Positions 1 to 12,354 of a stretch of DNA of 64,000 nt are shown here, piece after piece; the first letter of the stretch is position 1; each line of letters opens with the position of its first letter. The position numbers and the translations under genes are program-made. The notes beneath the pieces are model-generated. The model searched no databases and had not been told where the DNA came from. It saw nothing but the letters and a program-made list of their open reading frames with translations. The DNA is from the human T2T-CHM13v2.0 reference genome, Homo sapiens, in assembly GCF_009914755.1 (NCBI RefSeq), contig NC_060927.1; one strand, 5' to 3'.

Positions 1-3000
1 TTATAAGTTTATTGGCCATGTTTATGTCTTCCTTTGAGAAACAGACATTTCTCAAAAGAAGTCCTTTGACTTCTTTTTAAAGGTCACCATTTAATGGTTA
101 TTTGTTTTTTTCTTGTTGATTTATTTAAGTTCCTCATACATTCTGGATATTAGTCCTCTGTTCGATGCATAGTTTCCAAATATTTTCTCCCATTTTATAG
201 GTTGCCTGTTTACTCTGTTGATAGTTTCTTTTGTGGGGCAGAAGCTCTTTAGTTTAATTAAGTCCCATTTGTCTATTTTTAAATTTTGTTCCATTTCCTT
301 TTGGGGTTTTCATCATGAATTCTTGGCCTAGGCCAATGCCTAGAAGAGTTTTCCCTAGGTTACTCTCTTAGATTTTTATAGATTTAAGTCTTACTTTTAA
401 GTCTTTAATTCATCTTGAGTTAATTTTTGTGATGGTGAGAGATAGGGATCAAGTTTCATTCTGCTACATTTGGTTATTCACTTTCCCTTGTACCATTAAT
501 TGACTAGGATATATTTTCTCTATTGTTTATTTGCTGACTTTGTCAAAGATCAATTAGTTGTAGGTGTGCAGCTTTATTTCGGGGGTCTGTATTCTGTTCC
601 ATTGGTCTAAGTGTTTATTTTTGTACCAGTACCATGCTGTTTTGGTTACTGTAGCCTTGTAGGATAACTTGAAGCCAGTTAATGTGATGCCTACAGCTTT
701 ATTCTTTTTGCTTAGGATTGCCGTGGCTATTCAGGCTCTTTTTTGGTTTTATATGAATTTTAGGATAGTTTTTTTCCTAATTCTGTGAAAAATGATGTTG
801 ATAAATTGGTAGGAACTATGGTAAATTTGTAGATTGCTTTGGGCAGTTAGGAGATTTTAACAATATTGATTCTTACAACCTATGAGCATGGAATGATTTT
901 CCATTTGTTTGTGTCATCTATGATTTCCTTAAGCAGTGTTTTATAGTTTTCCTCATATAGATCTTTTATCTCCTTTCTTAGATATATTCCTAGGTATCTT
1001 ATTGTTTTCGTGGCCATTATAAATGGAATTGTGTTCTTGATGTCTTTCTCAGCTTGAATGTTATTGGTGGATAGAAATTCTACTACTTTTTGTATGTTGA
1101 TATTGTATTCTGAGAGATTACTGAAGTCATTTATCAGGTCTAAGAGCCTTTTGGCACAGTCTTAAGGGTTTTCTAGGCATAGAATCATATCATCAGTGAA
1201 GAGAAAGAGTTTGACTTCCTCCTTTTCCTACTTGGATGCCTTTTGTTTCTTTCTCTTGCCTGATCACTCTGGCTGGGACTTCCGGATGTGCTGCTGGGTT
1301 CAGTTTGCTAGTATTTTGTTAAGGATTTTTGGGTTTATGTTCATCAGTGACATTGGCCTGTAGTTTAACTTTTTGTTGTTTTCTTGCCAAATTTTGGTAT
1401 CAGAATGACACTAGTTTTGTAAAATGAGTTAGGGAGAAGTCTCTCCTTCTCAATTTTTTGGATTATTTTCAGTAGGGATGGTACCAATTCTTCTATGGAC
1501 ATCTCATAGAATTTGGCTATGAATCTGTCTGGTCCAAGGCTTTTTTTGGTTCATAGATTTTTTAGTACTGCTTCAATTTTATTACTCGTTGATCTGTTCG
1601 GGATTTCTGTTTATTCCTGGTTCAATTTTAAGAGGTTGTGTGTTTCTAGATATTTATCTATTTCCTTTAGATTTTCTTTGTGTACATAGAGATGTTCATA
1701 GTAGTCTCTGAAGACCTTTTATATTTCTTTGTGTGCTTTTTGGGTATTCTTTTTTCTTTGTTAATCAGGCTATCAATCTTGTTTATACTTTTAAAGAAGC
1801 AATTTTTCATTTTATTGATCCTTTGTATGGTCACAATTCCATTTAGTTCTCTTCTGATGGTAGTTATTTCTTTTCTTTTGCTAGCTTTGGGATTAGTTTG
1901 TTCTATTTTTCCAGTTCCTTTAAATGTGAATTTAGGTTGTCAGTTTGAGATATTTCTATATTCTTAATGTAGGCTTTTAGTGCTGTAAACTTTCCTCTTA
2001 ATGCCACTTTTGCCACATACCAGAGGTTTCAGTGTGTTGTGTTTCTATTTTCATTTGTCTTAAACAATTTTTATCTCTGCCTTAATTTCCTTGTTTACCC
2101 ATAAGTCATTCAATAGCAAGCTATTTAGTTTCTATGAATTTGTGTGGTTTTGAGAGTTCCTCTTGGTATTGATTTTGGTATTTATTGCATTGTGGTCTGA
2201 AAAGATGCTTGATGGGATTTTGATTTTTTGAACTTATTGAGAATTGCTTTATGACTGAGAAAATGGTAAATATTAGAATATGTTTTATGTGCAGATGAGA
2301 AGTTATATTCTGGTTGTTGGGTGGAATATTCTGTAGGTATTTATTAGGTTCAATTGGTCAAGTGAGAAATTTAGAATTTGTTAGTTCTCTGCTTTGATTA
2401 TTTGTCTAATGCTTTGATGGGTGTGTTGAAGTTTCCCACTCTTATTTTGTGGCTATGGAAGTCTTTTCTTAGGTATAAACATAATTGTTTTATAAGTCCA
2501 CGTGCTCCAATCTTGGATGTGTGTACATTTTGGATAGTTAAGTCTTCTTGTTGAATTACAGAGTTTATTATAATACCCTTCTTTGTCCTTTTTTTCTGTT
2601 ATTGGTTTAAAGTCTATTTTATATGATAAAAGAATCACAACCCCTACTGTTTTTGTTTTATATTTGCATGATAAATCTTCATCCCTTTACTCTGAGTCTA
2701 TGAGTGTCATTATATGTGAGATGGATGTCTTGAAGGGGCATGAATCTTGTTTTTTTTTTAATCCAATTTGCCACTCTATTTTTAAGGGGAGTGTTTTGAT
2801 TGTTTGCATTCAAAGTTAATATTGATATGTGAGGCTTTGTTCTTGTCATGGTGTTGTTAGTACTTGTTTCATAGCATTGATCATGTGGTTACTTTTCAGT
2901 ATTGATTGCTTGTGCAGTTGGCTTCCATGGGCTATGTGCCTGCATGTAGCTAGTACTGTTTTTACATTTTCATGTTTATAAGTTTCTTAAGCATCTCTTG

Positions 3001-4198
3001 TTGGATGGGTCTGGTGGTGATTAATTCCCCTAGTGATTGCTTGTCTGGGAAATATTTTATTTCTCCTTCATTTATGAAGCTTAATTTGGTGGGATATTAA
3101 ATTCTCAGCGGGCATTTTTTTCTTTAAGAATGCTAAAAATGCGCCCCCAATCTCTTCTGGATTGTAAGGTTTCTGCTGAGAAGTCCACCGTTATTCTGAT
3201 GGGTTTATGTTTATAGGTAACATGACCATTTTCTCCAGCTGCTTTAAGGTTTTTTTGTGTGTTGACCTTGGATAGTTTGATCATTATGTGCCTTGGGGTT
3301 GATTGTCTTGTATCTCACAGGGGTTCTCTGGATATTTTATATCTGCATGTTGACTTCTATAGCAAGATTGGAGAAATTTTCTTAAATTATATCCTCACAT
3401 ATTGTTTCTAAGTTGTTTCTTTTCTCATTCAGGAATGCCAATAAATCATAGATTCGGTCACCTTATATAATTTTATATTTCTTGAAGGCTTTACTCATCT
3501 TTTAAAATTCTTTTTTATTTTTCTTTTTTTAGTATTTTGGTCTAATTGGGTTGATTTGAAAGACTGGTCTTTGAGCTCTAAAATTATTTCTTCTGTTTCA
3601 CTTAGTCTGTTAAGGCGTCCAATTGTATTTTTAAATTCCTGTAGTGAATTTTTTAATTCCAGAAGTTCTGTTTAGCTCTTTCTTAATATAGCTATGTCAT
3701 CTTTCAAATCTTGGATCTTTTTCTGTCCTCTTTGTGTTAGATTTCAACTTTTTCTTGGGTCTGGTTGAGTTTTTTTTTGCCTTCCAAATTCTAAGTTCTA
3801 TATCTGTCATTCCAGACATTTTATTCTGTTTAGGATCCATTACTTGAGAGCTACTGGGATCCTTTGGAGGTGACAAAACACTCTGGCTATTTTTTTAATT
3901 GCCAGCATTCTTGTGTTGGTTTCTTTTCATCTGAGTGAGCTGACACTTTTTGTTGTTGTTGTTGTTTTGAATTGGCTATCATTTGGATGTGGCTTCTTGA
4001 TTTTTTTTTCTTTTTTTTTCCCTTGGAGGTATGATTGTGGTGTATATTGTATATGATCTATTGGTTTCAATTCTGGGTGCCTTCAGGGTGCCAAGACTCT
4101 GTACAGGTTCCTTGGTTGCAGATAGGTTTGGCAGTGGCTTTCTCAGATATTGCTTGTTATGATTTAATTTTGTTTAGTGATATAATTCAGGCTGCAGT

Positions 4199-4213
4199 CC
4201 AGTAGATGGCACT
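4199..4213 (+). promoter_or_regulatory. CTCF core motif match inside the old L1 5' region
   Basis: CCAGTAGATGGCACT matches CCASYAGRKGGCRSY at every position; binding not shown. Confidence 0.4.
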
Positions 4214-4227
4214 TAGGAGTAAGAGCT

Positions 4228-4739
4228 TGTTTATTGCAGCATTATTCACAATAGCAAAGACTTGGAACCAACCCAAATGTCCATCAATGATAGACTGGAT
4301 TAAGAAAATGTGGCACATACACACCATGGAATACTATGCAGCCATAAAAAAGGATGAGTTCATGTACTTTGTAGGGACATGGATGAAGCTGGAAACCATC
4401 ATTCTGAGCAAACTATCACAAGGACAGAAAACCAAACACTGCATGTTCTCACTCATAGGTGGGAACTGAACAATGAGAACACTTGGACACAGGGTGGAGA
4501 ACATCACACACCGGGGCCTGTCGTGGGGCGGGGGAAGTGGGGAGGGATAACATTAGGAGATATACCTAATGTAAATGATGAGTTAACAGGTGCAGCACAC
4601 CAACATGGCAAATGTATACATATGTAACAAACCTGCACATTGTGCACATGTACCCTAGAACTTAAAGTATAATAATAAAAAAATATAAAAAAGAAATGAG
4701 CTAAGAAGGGAATGAAAAGGTGTGCATGGAAAAAAAAAA
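4228..4739 (+). mobile_element. 5'-truncated L1PA (about PA4-PA7) 3' end with 3' transduction, nested in the older L1
   Basis: ORF2 C-terminus (FIAALFTIAKTWNQPKCPSMIDWIKKMWHI), L1PA 3'UTR, A-tail to 4692, 37 extra nt, second A-tail 4730-4739, TSD aagagct 4221-4227 / 4738-4744. Confidence 0.93.
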
Positions 4740-6899
4740 GAGCTGGCAGGTAGAGGTCAGGGGAGAGGTAATGAAGAACGATGAAAAATGCCCTCCCCCA
4801 GAGCATGTTTGCCTTCAGTGGGGGTGGAGCCTCTCGAGAAGCTGGAAAAGCAAACTCAACCATCTTAGCCCAGGCTCCCCAGGCCCTGATGGGAAGAGGC
4901 ACTACCAAGTCTGTGACAATGCACTGAGGGGGTTGGCAAGAGATAACCCCCTCTCTACATCTATTCTTGAGTTTTGGTGGTGCCACCTTCAGTAGCTGGT
5001 GCAGGTTCACGTTTTCTTTGACCCAAGAGGGCCTTTGGCAGACTGTGCTATCCCCTCCTTTGGTGTGGTTTGAACTGAGGAGTAGATCTCCAGGTAAGTG
5101 GACTGTGCTTCCCTTCTGCCTCTCAGACCTGGTGGGCACTGTCCCCCAACTGACCAAGGGAGCAGACTAGAACACTGAGCAATGACACTCACAGACCAGT
5201 TCCAGGTCCCAAAGCTGTCTCTGGCTGCATGTCTGGCCACACAGAAGAAACCTTGGCTTCAGCAACTCTCCTCCCACTCTAGTCCTGAGACAGGGAAGAG
5301 TCTAATTCCAGCACCTACTGCTGTGGGTGTTCTCCATGCTTGCTGCCCAGTTTTGGCTATGGAGGCCCTTCCCACGCTCCAGAGCAAGCCCTTCAATGTC
5401 TGATCTAAGACTAAAATGCCTGCTGTGGCCACTGCTGCCAGGTTTCTAAATAATGTCTCTAAACTCCCAAAATGGTGCCCGCTGTGGGCTTGTGACCAGA
5501 GGTGGGTGGAATCCCTCTCAGGTGAGAAACATGGGCAAGGCACTGTGGCAAGTGCATTCTGCCTGAGTCTTGGTCTCCCAGCAGCTGGTAGCAAGGTGTC
5601 AGGTATTGTCCTAGATATGTGTAGAAGAGCCTGGTTTCCCCACTCCTTTTTGGTTGAGTGGTGGCTGCATCTGTGTCAGTCTGACTCATGCCAAGGATAA
5701 GAGGAACTTAGCATTAAACTATCAAAATATGTCTTGGGCCTAGGACTCAGAAAGGCAGGGTGCTACCTGGGCAAACTTTGTGGGTGAAAAGCTGTGAGAA
5801 GTGCAGTCTAGTTGCATCTTAGTCTCACCACAGCCTGTTACAGGGCAGTGGGCATTATCCTAGACATATACGGGGTAGCCAGGTTTCCACATGGGTCCTT
5901 GGCTGGGCAGCGGCTGCAGACACATCAGCCTGAACTCAGGCCAAGGTCAGGATGCAGCCCAGAGTTAAACTCTCAGTATGCACCTTGGGCCGAGACCAGA
6001 GAGGGCAGGCTACCACTCAGGCAAGTAGAGTGAGCACAAAGCTGTGGGGTGGGGAGTGAGGTCCACACATATCTCATTCTCAAGAGCACCTCATAGAAAT
6101 GTAGCAAGTACCCTCCCAGGAACGCATGGCCATGCCCCTTCTCCCCTGTCTCTCCTCGGGGCAGTGCAGCAACTGCAGCTGTGTCTATAGGTTCCCAGTG
6201 TCTCAGCTCTCAAAATGGCTCCCAGCTGAGGCTACTCCAGGCTCAAGTGCCTGCGGAATTCTGTGTGGGTTCCCTTTCTGGAGCATCATCTCTGTGTGAG
6301 CTTCAGGTGGCTTTGTATACCAGGCATGAGGCCCTAGTGAGTCGAGGGTTTCTCCCATTGCCAAGATTGTAAAAGCCCATGTCAGAGCTCTGGATGTTTC
6401 TCTCTCACTGTTTCCCTGTGTCCAGGGGTCTCTCCCAGGTCTCAAATCGGTTTCTGGCTGGACAAGCTACCTGGAACCTCTCCTTACTTATTTCTGGTGC
6501 TTCCTGTCTTTTCTCTGGTGAATCTGAGGATTCTCTCCTATACAATGTGTTCGAAATATGAGTATCTACTTATATTCTGGCTGTTTTCTGTGGAGGAGGA
6601 ACATACTACTTGCTTGTAGTCAGCCATCTTGATTGTCTCTTCCCAATAAAAATGGTTTTATGTATGCACACAATTGCTCCAATAAATTTCATCTCATTTA
6701 TTTCAGACTCTTATGTGTCTCTTATCACACTAGTAGCTTTTTTCCCAAATTTTGAGTTTGTAGGAAACTGGTAAGTGTATCAAGTAAGTCTTCATTCAAT
6801 AAGCTGTTAATTAGAATCTTGAAGAGACCAGCACCACGTGGTCCATGTAGAGACTTCCCATCAGATTCTTGTTGAAGTGGTAGCATTACCAGTAGTAAT

Positions 6900-7145
6900 T
6901 ATAACAATTAAGTGGTACAGTTTTCGCACCTTAGGCACTCTGTATGTATTTTACCTATGCCATCTTTTATAATCTTTACCATACAATTATTATGTTAAAT
7001 CCTTTTTAAGTCATTATCATTCTTCGCATCTTAGAGATAAACCTCAGCTTAGAAAATTTAAATAACACGCCCAAGTCCACACAGCTATAAGAGACTAGAA
7101 TCTGAAAGTGAACCCAGATATGTCTGATTCCAAAAACTGCTCTCC
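6900..7145 (-). mobile_element. MIR
   Basis: aataacacgcccaagtccacacagctataag resembles the reverse MIR core. Confidence 0.7.
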
Positions 7146-7367
7146 TTCCTCTCTCTTGTCCTAACTTCTTGCTCTGTTTTGAACCATTATTCAGCAGACT
7201 TCAGTTGGTTCTGCTATAAATCCACCTACTCAGATATCTCCAAATGGTAGATTCACACAGCATTTCTTCTGCTCGTTCACAAAGATACTGTAAAAGATTG
7301 CAGAGAAGTAAACATACAGAGAGGACATGTAAAGTGTTCTCGATCTTTTGTGAGATCATCTGGCCTG

Positions 7368-7435
7368 GCCACTGAAAGAGAAACTTGATGTCACCTTGTT
7401 TGCCACTGAAAGAGAAACTTCATGTCACCTTGTTT
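7368..7435. repeat. 34-bp tandem duplication, 1 mismatch
   Basis: gccactgaaagagaaactt(g/c)atgtcaccttgttt x2. Confidence 0.95.
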
Positions 7436-7705
7436 TTCTAAAGACATATAGTTCTCGTTGAGTGTTTATTACATATTTTACTTGTGCTCATATACTAATT
7501 GTTATACAAATATATAGAAATTTTTTGAGGGTGATATAAAGATTTTTCCATATTTCATCTTCTTTTTTCCTCCCCTTTTAAAAATAGGGAAAATACTTTT
7601 CCACGTGGGATCTTGCAGCAGCACTCAAATTCTTATGATTTTTCAGCACCTTCTTATTGTCTTATTCATAGTATAATTGGTCTAGACCTGAGTTTGAATT
7701 CATTA

Positions 7706-8018
<313 letters not shown>

Positions 8019-8178
8019 TTATAAGCGTATCTTATAACTTACAAATTATAGCTGGAGATTCAGTTCCCATGTTACGATTATTTTCTTCTTTTCCGCTTTA
8101 AATATGTTTATAGAGCCAAAATATGGATCCAAAATAGACTTTGAACAGCTCCATTTATTCTATCAGCCATTTGAGTTA

Positions 8179-8292
8179 CATCTATGATGTATTCACCAAA
8201 TTGTATCTATGTATTCACATGTATCTATGATGATGTATCTATGATGATTCACATGTATCTACATTCACATGTATCTATGATCATGTATTCAA
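8179..8292. repeat. Degenerate minisatellite built from atgtatctatg / attcac units
   Basis: Repeated tgtatctatga and attcacatg blocks. Confidence 0.8.
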
Positions 8293-8409
8293 GTTGGATA
8301 GGCATTTTTTGTCATAATAAATTTAAAATAACTGTTTTACATTACTAATTTGCTTTTCCAACTCTAGTATGGAGTTCCACTTCAGATAGCATGTCATCTC
8401 ACCATTTCT

Positions 8410-9030
8410 ACTAGAGAGGAGGAATAATTTCTATTGTTATATAATAATATGGTTTGGCTGTGTCCCCACCCAAATCTCACCTTGAATTGTAATAATCCCC
8501 ACATGTCAAGGGTGGGGCCAGGTGGAGATAATTGAATCCTAGGGGCAATTTTCTTCATACTGTCCTCATGGTAGTGAATAAGTCTCAAAAGATCTGATGG
8601 TTTTATAAATGGGAATTCCCCTCACAAGCTCTCTTGCCTGCTGCCATGTAAGATATGACTTTGCTTCTTATTCGCTTTCCACCATGATTATGAGGCCTCC
8701 CCAGCCATATGGAATTGTGAGTCAGTTAAACCTCTTTCCTTTATAAATTACCCAGTCTCAGGTATGTCTTTATCAGCAGCGTGAGAATGAACTAATACAT
8801 ATACCATTGTAGGAAGACTGTAGTTAATGATAATATATTTTCAGTTTCAAATATCTAGGAGGAGAATATTCAGTCTTCTCACGCAGATAAATGATACATG
8901 TTTGGGATGATGGATATGCCAATTACCCTGATCTGACAATTATATATTACATGTATCAAAACATCACTATGGACCCCATGAATCTGTATAATTATTATTT
9001 GCCAATTTTTTTAAATTGAAAAAATTAAAA
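8410..9030 (+). mobile_element. L1MA 3' end, interrupted by a THE1 LTR
   Basis: gatggatatgccaattaccctgatctg ... cactatggaccccatgaat, A-rich end; continuous across the LTR. Confidence 0.8.
8445..8799 (+). mobile_element. THE1 (THE1C-like) MaLR solo LTR
   Basis: Starts taatatggtttggctgtgtccccacccaaatctc, ends gaactaataca; TSD tataa / tatac. Confidence 0.93.
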
Positions 9031-10349
9031 CCAATATTTTATATTCTCTCTTAGTTCATGATTTTTATCTCTGAGAGGGTTCATTTTGTCAAAATTATAT
9101 CAAAATCATCAATGAGACCCAAGTACACCTGGGAGAAAATTTTGGACAAAACAAAAAATTTCCCAGTAAGAACCTTTAAAAAATCCTCCTAATGACATGT
9201 TGAGTTTATCGTGACCTACATTTTCAAGCTGTAATAAATAAAGTGAAAGTGCAACTACACACACTAAAAAGGTGAATCTGAAGAGAGGTTTCTGAGGTAG
9301 CAAAAAAAAAGTATCCCTTTAACTCCCTTCCTATTTTATTTTTACTTCCTTTTTAAGAAATACTTTACAAATTAAAAAAGACATCTGTTAAATCCTCTCC
9401 AGTTAGCCTACCCTAAAATTCAATAAGTTTTCATCTTCTGCATCTTAAATTAACATATGTTGGAAACATTCTGATTTGCCCATGTTTTATATTTTTATTG
9501 CTATTATTTTAGTATGACTGCCTAAAGGAAGCTTTGGGATGTGCATGAATAGTGTTTCATGCAATTTTTCTCTTCTTTGTATCATTAAGACTGGAAATGT
9601 AGTTATTTAAGAATCGCATTTGGGATGGATGGGTAGCTGGGAGTATAAAATGAGCTCAGTCTGGTGATCTGTTTCATGAGGAATGCATAAACCCTCTTTG
9701 TGCATGTTATCTGATGCAAGTGGTGCCATCATTATTCTTCCTTAGGAATAACTGTGCTTGGTTTTAGCCACTTCATTTTAAAGTGCTACCTCTGGCTTAT
9801 ATGGTGTATTAAAATAGTTTCGTACCATAAAATAGAAGAACTTTATGGCATCTAATATTATTCTCCTTTCCTATAAATTATAAGATATGGGTTTTTAAGG
9901 AAGAAAACAAAAGTACCCCAGGAGCCTTTCTTGTGAATCTTCCTTGAACATTCAAGGAAGATGGACCCATTCTGTGCCCATAGGTTCCATTTTCCTACTA
10001 CTCACATGTGCATTGTTTGATTTCAGATTGAAAACACCATTTTACTATGATTATAAAAAGTATTCATTCTGATTGTTAATAATGGAAAGAGTTTGAAAAG
10101 TGTGAATGAGTAACTAAATAAACAAAACAAGATAAAGAAGAAACAAACTTATCACCCAGGGAAGTTTATCATATTGAAATTTTGGTGACTCGTCATCCAG
10201 ACATCTTAATACTCATACACAACTTAAGGAACAGTGTGTCATACAATTTACATGAATTTTTGCATCAATTTTTCACCATTAGAAGAAAGTTCTGTAATTC
10301 AATAAAGGAAACATCATCCCTTGACTCAAAGCCATTATGTAGAGTTGCT

Positions 10350-10675
10350 TTACTAGAGGGTGAAAAGGGTAGCGGGGAGGCAGAGATGAAGTAGGGATAA
10401 TTAATGGGTATAAAAATACAAATAAAATGAATAAGACCTAATATTCAGTAGCATAATAGAGTGACTATAGCTAATAATTTGTTGTATATTTTGAAATAAC
10501 TAAAGGAGTGGAATTTGAGTGTTTTTAATATGCACCAAAAATGATAAATGCTTAAGGTAATGCACACTCCAATTACCCTAATTTGATCATTGCACATTGC
10601 ATGCCCATATCACATCACATGTACCCCATAAATATATTCAACTATTATGTACTCATAATAACTAAAAATTAAAAA
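10350..10675 (+). mobile_element. L1MA 3' end
   Basis: aatgaataagacctaatatt ... catgtaccccataaatatattcaactattatgtac, A-rich tail. Confidence 0.85.
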
Positions 10676-10684
10676 GCATTAAAT

Positions 10685-10895
10685 CAGTTGTTCTCACTTA
10701 AGGGAGATTTTCCTCTAAGTAGACACTTGGCAATGTATGAAGATACTTTTCATTGTCACAACTTGGGGGCTGGTGGTGGTACAGTTAGGGAATCTAGTAG
10801 GTGGAGGCCAGAAATGCTGCTAAACATCCTTAATGCATCCCCAGAACAGAGTTTTCTGGCCACAGTGTTAATAGTGCTGAGGTTGAGAAACACTG
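10685..10895 (+). mobile_element. MER20 (hAT-Charlie MITE)
   Basis: TIRs cagttgttctca / tgagaaacactg; internal gaggccagaaatgctgctaaacatcct. Confidence 0.88.
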
Positions 10896-11829
10896 CTTTA
10901 AAGGGAGCCAAAACGTGGATGCACCCAAGTTAAAATTGACCCATGTGATATAAACGAAACACCAACCCCCCACCAAAAACTTATAATTTTAGTAAAAGAC
11001 GAAAAGAAAGAAGATTCAGTGTAGGCATAACTTCTAAAAGTTTTCATGGTTGCCATGTGGGAATGACTTTTAAAATGACTGCATAGTCAGAATTATTGAG
11101 TTGAGGGACTATAAGTAAATTTTAAAATGTCTTTTCTGAAGGTGAGAAAGCACTTAGGAAATATGGCTCAGAATTGCTTCAAAACATCAGTATTCACTGA
11201 CGGCCTACTATGTGCTAACCACATTTTTCGCATGTGGCAGTGAACAGTTTATCAGTTCCATGAAACGAAAGGTTTGAAATCAGATAATTTATGGAAGTTA
11301 TAGAGAACATAGCAGTACAATTATACTTAGCTCTTTGTTATCATCAAGAGGGGAACCAGGATGAATGCACAGAAATTAGAGAAACAAACCTTAGCTTACT
11401 ACAGGAAGAGCTTCCTAAAGTTTAGATCTGATAATGCAATGGGCTATCCCTAAGATATGGCAAGTTTCTTGTACTAGATACACATATAGAGAAATTTGGT
11501 AGCCTACGTATGGAAAAATTTTAAAGGCAATTGGAGAAAAGGTGACTCTTAAATCTTGGGAGGACTGTGGGTGGGTTTTTTGTGTGTATATATATGTATA
11601 TATATGCATATATACACACACACTTGTTTTTGTGTCGGTGTTGGGGGGATCAGTGCAAAAGAAAAGCATGAGGGTATTTGATTTGTTCAAAAATTAAGAG
11701 TTTCAAGAATGACATAAGAGCCTTAAACCTACATCCAGGGGATTTTCTGAACTTGGGGCCCTGTTTGAGTGCTCAGGTCCCATGGCCATGAAGCCAACCC
11801 TGGTTGTTACTAAGCTTTGAGATTCTATG

Positions 11830-12140
11830 ATTCTGTACCTTCCTCCCTCTTTCTACTTCTCTGACAGTTCCTTTCTATCTCCATTGATGGCTTCTTTGTT
11901 TGTCTTTGACACCCTCAAATGCGGGCATTTCCCAATAGCTCTTCCCTTCACACACCATTCTTTCTTTATATATTTTCTATTGATGATTTCATCCTTTTAA
12001 TTCCCAGCATCATAGGCATTTTCTTGGCTTCTGAATCTACAGCTTTACCCTTCAGAGCATTTTCCTTCATGCTTCCACCTTCCACTTAAGCTTAGTGATT
12101 TGGAAATCACACATCTTCCTATTTAAAAAACAACAAGAAC

Positions 12141-12171
<31 letters not shown>

Positions 12172-12300
12172 TGTCCTCAACATTTTCTGGAATCCACCCT
12201 CTACCTTGTTCTCTAAGCTCTAGATCCAATCACCCCATCTCAGTTTTTTCTTTATCAAGGTCCTCATTTTTGGTCTGTTCTGTAAAACTTTCAACTAGAC
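11830..12300 (+). mobile_element. L2 fragment containing an (AAT)n microsatellite at about 12141-12168
   Basis: ctacttctctgacagttcctttctatctcc ... cctcaaatgcgggcatttccc resembles L2. Confidence 0.55.
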
Positions 12301-12354
12301 TGTAGATGTCACACTTATTACTTCTTAGTCAACTGCTGCTATAATTGAGGGCCT

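Larger units (their letters stand above)
1..6643 (-). mobile_element. Old LINE-1 (L1PB/L1MA age) retaining its 5' end: decayed ORF2, ORF1 and a long 5'UTR; 3' end lies before the window
   Basis: Antisense ORF2 text (gtaccagtaccatgctgttttggttactgtagccttg), ORF1-like 3000-3900, GC-richer 5'UTR about 4000-6640, ending in the L1 5' terminus motif cagccatcttg (6621). Internal deletion at about 1283. Confidence 0.92.

Noticed and set aside
4504-5157. Longest ORF (217 aa, minus strand)
   Set aside because: It runs across the old L1 5'UTR, the transduced tag and the antisense L1PA 3'UTR; a chance chimera.
6828-7655. REST/RE1 sites (ccagcaccacg near 6829, ttcagcacc at 7643)
   Set aside because: Only the left half-site is present; there is no GGACAG right half.
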